DNA from: Octopus sinensis
Lineage: Eukaryota
DNA: 64,000 bases
Direction: 5' to 3'
Assembly: GCF_006345805.1 (NCBI RefSeq)
Contig: NC_043012.1
Coordinates: forward strand, 45,384,001-45,448,000
The stretch's first letter is position 1. Each line of letters starts with the position of its first letter. Below, piece by piece: positions 54,309-64,000 of this stretch. Made by a program: the position numbers and the translations under genes. Below the pieces are notes generated by a model, which was not told the origin of the DNA, did no database searches, and saw only the letters and a program-made list of their open reading frames with translations.

Positions 54309-54817
54309 CTATAAGTAAGATTTTCTCCATTTCTCTCAATTTAGTCCTCTGTATAGACGTCCGTGTCTTTTCATAACTTCCTTTGTCTACATGTATCCTT
54401 ATATCACAATGCCTATCTCACTTTCTTGTTTTCGTTATTTTTCTCTTATTTGTTTTAGAGGAAAACAAACGCAACAAACAAATATTTGTATAGATTTTTC
54501 CCTCTCTAACGAAATATTTCATGTGAATGCGTTCGAATCTAGGCTAGAAATGATTTTTATTTGTAATATATTAGATTTTCATGATTTTCTTCAATATCAT
54601 TTCAAGGAGAGTACATTTATGTGCCTACTAAGTAGAAATAGCAAACATAACTACCTCAGATCACGTGATACAGTCTTTTAGTAATCTATGCACATTATAA
54701 AGGGATCCTGGATGTATTCTCTTGGGGAAAAGCATAACTGATAAAGACAACACCTTTGGATACAGGAGTTATTGAATAAGATTGATATCTTCAGCTATTT
54801 AATTAGGTGTATATATA

Positions 54818-54887
<70 letters not shown>

Positions 54888-55040
54888 ATTAATTAAGAAG
54901 TAATCAGTAATTTCACCAAGTAGAATTCGGCATGTAAAAGACCAATTCATGGTAAATGTAAGTGATACTAAATAATTAGGGTTCAGCAACGATTCAGTGT
55001 GTGGTGAGGCAAATTGTTGCAGAATCCTAATTATTTAGTA

Positions 55041-55082
<42 letters not shown>

Positions 55083-56570
55083 CACACAAAGATATGATTT
55101 TATGAAAAAAAATCAGTGTAAATAGAGTATAGATATTAGGCTTTATAATCGTAGCAGTCTTCAGATATCATGAATATATCTTTTTAAAAATTATAAAAAC
55201 ATATTTAATTTCGAAGACTACTTTCACAAGCAGGTGCGTGGAATGTGGAATGCTCATTTACATGTTTACAGAGTCATAAAAAACTAACACCTGTTTTCAA
55301 GCGAGAATGGGTTCGTACACAAACACATACATACGCATATATATATATATATTAATAGAAGTCACAAGAGTAACAGGGGTCGAAATTGGCAAAAGTCACT
55401 GAAGGTATTGACTGTCACCACTTGAGCTAGAAAGGAGAGTTAAAACAATTCAAAGGCTACAAAGCACACATTTCCCAATGACTGGATTCCCCCACAAGAC
55501 ATATAAGTACTTGCCCAAGGTACTTCCTTTTCATAAATATTCGCATGCAACGTCCTGTCAAGCTGAACTTTGCATATATTCGGGGGCCCGGGTATTTTTC
55601 TATATGCATCATACCGTAAAGTTGACTAATTTCTTATTGGTTTATATTCAACCGAGGGCTGAATATATACATCGACGAATGTATAGCTTATACTTACTTC
55701 TTTATTTCTAATGTTATGCGGTTGAAGCAAAAGTCATGTGAAGCTGCTTACATTTCCGTCATTTGCTATTTAGCAGAGAGTTACTTTGAATCCGGCAATT
55801 GCTTCTCCATTCTATGTTGTGCTTTCATTGATCAAACAAGCAAGACTCATTAGACTACTGCGTAATTTTAATTAATTAAAATTAGTTTGGTTCGCCACTT
55901 CAGTTATATTAACTCCCTCTCAACTAAAGGGTTTTCATGCAAAACGCGACTTTGGGTAATTTCCTCAATTCATTCTTTGTGTTACTGCTGCTAGTTGTGT
56001 CATTTCTCCTGACAAACACTCAAATTTCCTATCAACATAATTTACTACATTGTTACTGAATGAGTGATGGGATCAAATGACACCTTCAGCTTTCTGATAT
56101 GTTCTTGATATGTTCTTACGGATCATATCAAAATTCCGCTCCAGAAAGAATCATTTCTGCGTTAGTCTGTTACATTTATGTGTGTGCTTATTTCTGTCTG
56201 TGTATGCGTATTATTATGTAATCAAACCTCACAAATGCTGATTGCAACGTCCACCTTACATCAGTTGAGGATGATTATTATCTATACTTGCATGAAATTA
56301 TAATGTAGACGTATCATAGTATACACACCTAAACACATACACACATATACACCCATTCTTAATAATACATATAACCACCAACCTGTTAGAAATAGCAGTT
56401 AAATTTTTTCGACTCAAACTCTACCGACTTAAAAAAATATGAAAGCATACATTGGCAAAAATTGTTTTGGATACACAAAATGATGGCCACAAGGGAAATG
56501 GATTTGATGTAACATGGTTTGTTCAAGTCTATACAATTGCAACATCAACAATATAACATAACTGTAATTA

Positions 56571-56800
56571 CAGTAATTCCTCGACTATCCTGTGTGTTAC
56601 GATCTAAAACATCCCGCGATAGGTGAAAATCCGCGAAGTAGAAACAGAACTGTACTGTATATTTTTCTTTATTATTTTTATAATTGTGAATATTTATTTA
56701 ATTATAAATGCAAAACAACACCACGATCGACGTAAGCTTAAATAATAAACCGCGATTAGAGAACCGCGATAGGTGAACCGGATATGGCGAGGGATTACAG
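56571..56800. mobile_element. Tigger/pogo-type MITE, copy 2
   Basis: cagtaattcctcg ... cgagggattacag with TA flanks. Confidence 0.8.
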
Positions 56801-58254
56801 TATATATATATATATATATATATAGTTAGATTTAAAGTATAACAATCTATTGGTACGAATCGAGCCGCTAATTTTATTGCAAGAAAACCTTGAACTAAAG
56901 ATCGATTTTCTCTATGCTTTCTGAAACTCCTGAAAATATCTGAATCTTAAAATTAAGGCCCACTTAATCTGGGAAGAATACTGACACACGACATATGAAT
57001 ATAAAATCAATGATAGTCATAATTGCATTGTGTTTAGTCGTTTTTGCGCAGTCAGTTTTGAGAGTGGTGCTAAAGAAGAGCAACCAGGAAAGAAATGCTA
57101 ACCATTAGCTTTTGGATGATGACACAAACAATAATTGGCATAGTTTAAACGATATCAACGTATCTAGCACTCTACAATAATGATATAGGAAAAGTAGAGC
57201 GTTAATAATGATATAGAGACCCTTGACACATTTAAAATTTTCGAAAATATATCCTCTACATCCTATTAAATAAAGCTTTACACACACTTAGATAATCCAT
57301 AAACATGCTTTGGAAAATGTCAATATCTAAATATAAATATGAGAAAATTAGTCGATACATAAATGTACTTACAGTTATATCAAATCATGGAAATATTTCG
57401 ACCGATATAGAAATACAACGAACAAAAAGACCTATACACTGAATGTATCCCTCCCCCGAAGACAGCAGAACAGTAATAACAAACTGAAGATATGTCAGTT
57501 TTCACTTTCAGCAAAAATTTCCTTTCTACTTAGCTATTCTATAAGTTATTCAACAACGTCATTTATGAACACATATTCTTCTCTGATAAAAACAAGATTG
57601 TCCGAATGCTAAGACACTCTTTCCCCGCAGGCAATCGAATCTTTCTTGTCTGGGCTTCACCGTTCTTAAATATGCCCATTAGTTCGTATTCATGCATATA
57701 CGACAGTTTTCAAGAATAGTTCAATCGCTTCAATTCATTTACAGATATCAACACAAAAGTACTTTTCGCTTCAATATAATGGTAATTTTTCTCCTTTTCA
57801 TTCAAGTTGTTACTTTCTAACATTACATGCATTCAGTAGTAGTGGAAACTATTTTTCAGCCTCTCATATTCACTGTCAGATTTTCTGAGAATGCAAATCT
57901 TCTTTCTTTCTTTCTTTCCTCGTTTTTTTCTTTCTTTCTCTCTTTTTTCTATCTCAAGTTCTTTCTTTCTTTAGCGTTTCTTTCACTTTTGTTATAACTC
58001 ATTCCATCCCCTTCATTCACCAGCTGTTTTCTTTTTGCTTTTTTTTTATCTTCTTAGAATTTATTTTTAAAACTCGAGCAATTATTCACCTTCACCACTG
58101 CTGAGAATGAAACTGTCTTCTTCATTTTAATTTTCTCCATTAATGATCAAAACCTTTCCATGCGATTCCGATAGATTCTTCATTAATGTCAAGGAAATTA
58201 CATTTCATTGCCAACACATACATCTTCCTTCTCTCTCCGCTGTACACCACTTAC

Positions 58255-58352
58255 GTTAGCTATTTCTGACATTACCATAATCCATCGTTCACAAGACATA
58301 ATTGTGACATTGAAAATAAGAGATATGGAAGATAAGAAAAAATAACAACAAG
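58255..58352 (-). CDS. Candidate 98-nt internal exon of a membrane protein
   Basis: Long pyrimidine tract plus CAG acceptor and GTAAGT donor; the only open frame is xCCYFFLSSISLIFNVTIMSCERWIMVMSEIAN. Confidence 0.35.
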
Positions 58353-61300
58353 CTGCATAAAATGAAAGATAAAATGAAAATACTATTTTAATAGTTGAGT
58401 CAATAATACTAACTTTCATAGCACAATTTTCCAATACATTTTCTTATATATTTTGTTTACTCTTTTTTTATCCATGTCAATCTCCAAGGTGCTGTGCAAT
58501 TTTAAATATGCAAAGAGTAACAAAAATATGTGTAATTCACTATGTAAATAAACACACTCAAACTCAAAGCACACACGAGTATGCACAAATAAGCGTGTGT
58601 GTGTTTCTGAATACGTGTGCGTATGTTTATGAATGTGTGTGTAAATATAACTGTCTCGTTTTATCTGCAAATGTTTGTATGTGTGTCTGTTTATATTTGC
58701 ACACCGTTCATATGGGGGAAAATACTGTCTAGTATCCTATTGATAAACCCACTTAAACCATTTATAAACGTGTAATATAAAACGAATTAATATCTATAGA
58801 CAATTATTCTCAAAGATTTATGGCCATTTATATTAACGTATCTTTATGTAGAAGGGCTAGTGGTGACGGCGGCGACATATATATGTCTGAAGCAATCAAA
58901 TAGAAAGGATTTCCATTTAGAGAAAAGGATTGGAAAATGTCTTCTGAATTGGAAAATTTCAGATAAAGTGTAAAACAAAATGAATAGTCTGTGTTGCCGG
59001 TTTATTTAAATAATTCACTATTTAAATGTCTCTTTGCATGGTGACAGCTATATAGTTCACATGCATCAATGTTCTCTGTATCTTTTCTTGGAGAACACTG
59101 AATGGCAGCAAGAAGTAAATAAATCAAATATGACAATTTTATTAAATGCCAAATAATTATACCTACATATTACATTTACATAGTAATAGCCACATATATA
59201 AGCGCCACACAAGAACGGTCCCGCTCACACAGACACTACACACACACGCGGATACATGCGCACACACACGGACACACACACACACACATACGGACACACG
59301 CGCAAACACACAGATATACACACACACTTCTTTCGAATGCGAGCGTGCACACGCATGCACATCCACAGTCACGCACATATTGTCATAAAGGAAATGGCAC
59401 AAAAGTGCAACATAAATGCGGATAGAAAAACCGAGGAATTTTTTTGCGGTCTCTTATCCGAAATAAGGACTGTGTAGCCTCGACCCCAAGGCTATTACTG
59501 ACTGTACTAATTGTAGAAAAACTTGCACATCACCATTCGATTCTGTTTGCAAGGTTCAATGATGTGACAAATCCGAACAGAGGAAGTGTTGTTAATTAAT
59601 CTTTGATGGGTGAGAGACGGTAGCAGAGACGAAACAAAGTAAAGATATATATGAAATGGTTAAATGAGTACAGACGAAAATTGAGAAATCACAAGGAACA
59701 CGAAAGTGCATGGCTAAGCCTTGGGAAAAAGGTCAGAAAACAAGAGAGAAATTCTATGCCATTTTGAGGCACGATTTTGAAGGAATGTATGCTTCCATGC
59801 GAGTAACCATTTACCGCCAATCTTGTGACAGGCGTTATAATGAGAATGAAGTTCGTGATACTTCAACGTAGAACAGGACTTTTCAGAATAAAATGCTTCA
59901 ATATTATATGGGATGCAGAGCTGAAGAGGATTCTGAGGGACGGTGAATCTCGAAACAAATAAAGGTATAAATAATAGTCTGCAATCATAGGGTTGAAAAC
60001 CCCTTGACTCGAAAGTGTCGAAGGCTGTCCGTGGACTCGAACCCACATCTCCTGTAAACAGGGCAGTCTTTGTACCATCGGCCCGAAGCGATCATCTGAA
60101 TTCTCCTAACCATTTTAGAAGGTATATTTTTATCAACAAGAATTGGATATATTTGAAGCCACAAGAATTTAGAATCATCGTGAATGTGAAATAATTCATT
60201 TTAAGAGCACTATTTAGGTTTTCGTTTTGCCTTTATGGTACCGGGTTCAGTCCCATTCCGTGGTTACCTTGCTCTAGTGTCTTCTACTAGTGTCTTCTAC
60301 TATTTTCCTCGGATCTCTTATTTCTGTTAAAGTTTTATTATTCTAACTACTAATTTTGGAATGTCTTATTTTCTCAGCTTTGCATTTCTTCACAGTTTAC
60401 CTGTATTTGTTCGTTTTCTTTAAGCTCTCGAAGTTATTCTGTTCTCCGGTGATCCTTGATCCTTGATCGATTCTACAAAGCCCTTTTCAACAGCTGATAA
60501 ACAGCTGGTGGGGAAACTTTCGTTTTATATAATTTCCTACTTTTCTAAATGTTTTCGTTGTCAGTATTTAGTCTCTTTCCATCAAAGAGAAAAAGCTACT
60601 TTAAGTTCCTTGCAGATACCTGTTGATTATACTCAATTATACTCACAGCGAGTGAAATTCTTGTGTTTTCTTGAAAAATCTTATGGTTGAAAACCAGTAG
60701 AGCAAGTTACATAGTGAGAGAAACAGTGAAAAACTGTTATCTGTTATATGTTTTGCGAGAAAAACAATAAAATGTATGAGATGTGATAACATATATATCT
60801 ACATGTGTCCCAAATTATTTAACTTATTCTTTTATTTCTTACTGTGCTCTCTTGCACATTAATCATAGCGATCATCGTTGACCTGACGATTGTTGGAGTC
60901 CTTATACTGAACACAGCTGGAATGACAACAATTTCTGCCTATTCTACAAATGTGACTTCTAACATTTCTATGAATTGGGCTCTTTATTATTTGTTTTAAA
61001 TTATCCATTTACTAACAGTATCTGTCTCTCTGCCTGTCAGTCTGTCTCTGTCCTATCTTTCTGCCAGTATCTTCATGTTGTACCTCTTTCTATCTATCTA
61101 CGGTCGTATAAAGACAACGGATATGAAACAGAGTAAAATTTCCCCTGTAGTGTCATTTAACAGGGAACGCACACATATGTACGCATAGAGATATATAGGC
61201 AAATGTTGGACATTTTACAGGAATCAAACTTAAGGACAGCGTGTAGATTCAAGTCATTTCTAATGATAAATTAGCACAATAATTGTAATGAAAATTTAAG

Positions 61301-61619
61301 ATAAAATATTACCTTAAATATAATCAATGGCTGAGTGCCAACATTCCCTTAGGGGTCAATATCCTGGTAGGATGAAGGAAAATTATGGAGAATTACATCT
61401 TGCAGGAAATTAGTGTCTTTATTATTAGGTGACCAGTGGCCGGCGGAAAGTGGTTTGTCAGACGCTTACACTTCCATCATAACAAATACTCTAGCTTATC
61501 GGAAGGAACATTGTAACGTTGTTAGATGCAAATGAATTTTCTTCCATTATGTGCATGACCCCTGTGGGTTCCCATATATCCATATATGTTGTAAGCATGA
61601 GAAAGAAAGATACAGGGAA

Positions 61620-61664
<45 letters not shown>

Positions 61665-61701
61665 ATATATATATACATACATACATACATACATATATAT
61701 A

Positions 61702-61776
<75 letters not shown>

Positions 61777-62067
61777 CATCGGTTTAAAGAGCCATAAAAT
61801 AGAAAATATGAAAGGAGAATGGTATGAAAGATATGTGTAACTGATACAAGATAGCAACAGAAGGGAGTAATATTTTCCATTATATGTTATGAATATGTAT
61901 CAGTAATAATGATTTATTGCGAGTTATAACAGACGCAAAGATCCTAGAAGGAAATCAATAGATGTTCAAAAGAAGAAAAATTATTATTACAATTTTTGAG
62001 ATATACTAATCTAATGGAAGTGTATCTCAACAAGATATTATTGAGAATGAAGTGGATATGTTTGGTA

Positions 62068-62154
62068 AAGTCTTTCTCTTTATAAATGTCTTGAAAATTC
62101 CACACAGCATTGGCTTTTTCTTGTCTCATTTTATTTAACACACACACACATACA

Positions 62155-62240
<86 letters not shown>

Positions 62241-62269
62241 GTACATACATCTACATATATGTATCTATA

Positions 62270-62343
<74 letters not shown>

Positions 62344-62500
62344 TAGATAGATAGATATATATACATACACAAATATATGTGTGCGTGTGTGCTAAATAAA
62401 ATGAGACAAGAAAAAGCCAAGACCGTGGAATTTTCAGGACATTTATAACGAGAAAGACTTATAGCTATTCTGGGATATTAGTGATATCCCTTCATCAGAG
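62068..62500. repeat. Inverted repeat (~85-bp arms) around (CA)n/(TA)n with an adjacent hammerhead-like motif
   Basis: aagtctttctc...ttttatttaacacac vs gtgtgctaaataaaa...gagaaagactt. Confidence 0.85.
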
Positions 62501-63204
62501 ACGATGTGAGATGGTTAAATAGAGGGAAATATTCGAGTTCAATATGAGGAGTTATTTTGGAAAAGGAAGCAAATAAGGAGTATATGGGGAAATAGGAGAA
62601 TGAATGTAGAGTTAAAAACAAAAATGTATAAAGTTGTTATAATTTCCGTTCTATTATCCAAGGGAAGTGGTGTGTAGAAGTGGTAGAAATGCTTCCAGTT
62701 CGTGGTATGTAACATTCGGTTTTATTAGGACAGCTACTAAACAACAGCAATGTAACAAAATGCATCAGGATTCAAACAGGAAAAGAGAGAATCACCTTGC
62801 TTGCCGAAAGTGAACAGTCCATAAAGAAATGGTCAATGGAGTTTTAACTATGTCCTTACACATATTTAGGTGGGTTTATATTTTCTTTCAAATAGAGGAG
62901 AAATACTCCACATTCATGCAAAACATTGCGTCTTTATTTAGTTTTTGAGAGATCAATAACAATAATTCTTCGAATCATTGCCGCTCTTATACTAAAAACA
63001 GAACATTCTGATTCATTAGCAAGAGCTAGGTATAAGTATCTCTCGAGTCTTAAATTGTAACTAACGATTTCTATAATATCATGTATCTATTAAAAATATT
63101 ATCTGCGCAACTAACAACGTCTCATAGATCTCCTCAACGAATCAAATATTCCCTCGTCATGACGTCGTTACTAAATGATGACACTATAAGTATATGTGTG
63201 TGTG

Positions 63205-63300
63205 TGTGTTGTGTTGTGTTATTGAGCAAGACACTTCAGTTCACGTTGCTCTGCGATCACTTCGCCATCTCACACAGGGCACCCGTTGCACCTGTACAGG
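63205..63300 (+). mobile_element. SINE core fragment
   Basis: ttgagcaagacacttcagttcacgttgctc resembles the 46750-46800 core. Confidence 0.5.
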
Positions 63301-63441
63301 TAATATCGATTTGATGGAGGAAGTGAGCTTATGTATAAAGCATTTGATCACTATAAACAAATCATCTATGTGGTTATTCGGTAAGAAATTGTCTAGTCCT
63401 CATACGTCATCTAACGACGGGAGAGTACATCATACACACAC

Positions 63442-63534
<93 letters not shown>

Positions 63535-64000
63535 AATATATACATACATATATACATGTTAAGCGCCTGGTTTAAAAAAAACACTTGAAAGTATGCCACA
63601 GTCAAGCGAGGTGACTCACAACAGGTCCCTAATCAATGCTGCATACCGAACTAAGGCCTGTTGTAAGCCATATCACCGAATATAACTATATGCTAACTGG
63701 TATAGACATCATTTACTGGCATTTATCAATGTATCATGCTGCGGAAAAAGTCTGCCTTTTCCAGGAGATGGTGTGACCCAATCTTTTCAGTGATCTTAGT
63801 GAGTATAACTGTGCATCGCTCATATTTAACGGAAATGTAACAGTGCTCCGTGAAGTGAATAAGGTTTTCAATTTATTACTCTTGAAGAGAGAAGCTTCTC
63901 ATATCCTTAATAAAGGATGCGTTCGAGGCCTCTGTGCATTATATTGATGTGGATTTGGTATTTGGTAGCTAGGCTGCGTGCGGTTGGGTACGTTAGGGGA

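Overview
AT-rich eukaryotic (animal) intergenic or intronic DNA, very dense in microsatellites, with one 100-N gap (38680-38779). The SINE repertoire and microsatellite load resemble octopus/cephalopod DNA; this is an inference from recalled repeat sequences, not a database result. I found no intact host gene. Nearly every ORF in the track is a microsatellite translation. Real coding signal comes from transposon remnants: a 5'-truncated Tx1/L1-like LINE (14045-16736), Penelope-like (PLE) RT and GIY-YIG fragments, R4/Dong-like LINE fragments, a near-complete Tc1 (DD34E), deleted Tc1/mariner/pogo copies, a MULE and Helitron pieces, plus several tRNA-derived SINE families and MITEs. The most notable signal is a recurring set of short elements carrying type-I hammerhead-ribozyme-like motifs (CUGANGA...GAAA...UH, usually with a palindromic helix III). 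Two have fully intact cores (30477-30530 on +, 42232-42324 on -). Most of the rest occur as inverted/fold-back pairs tied to (TA)n or other microsatellites. This fits PLE terminal repeats or retrozyme-like elements. Two candidate minus-strand exons of an unknown membrane protein are flagged at low confidence. All alignments and folds were done by eye.
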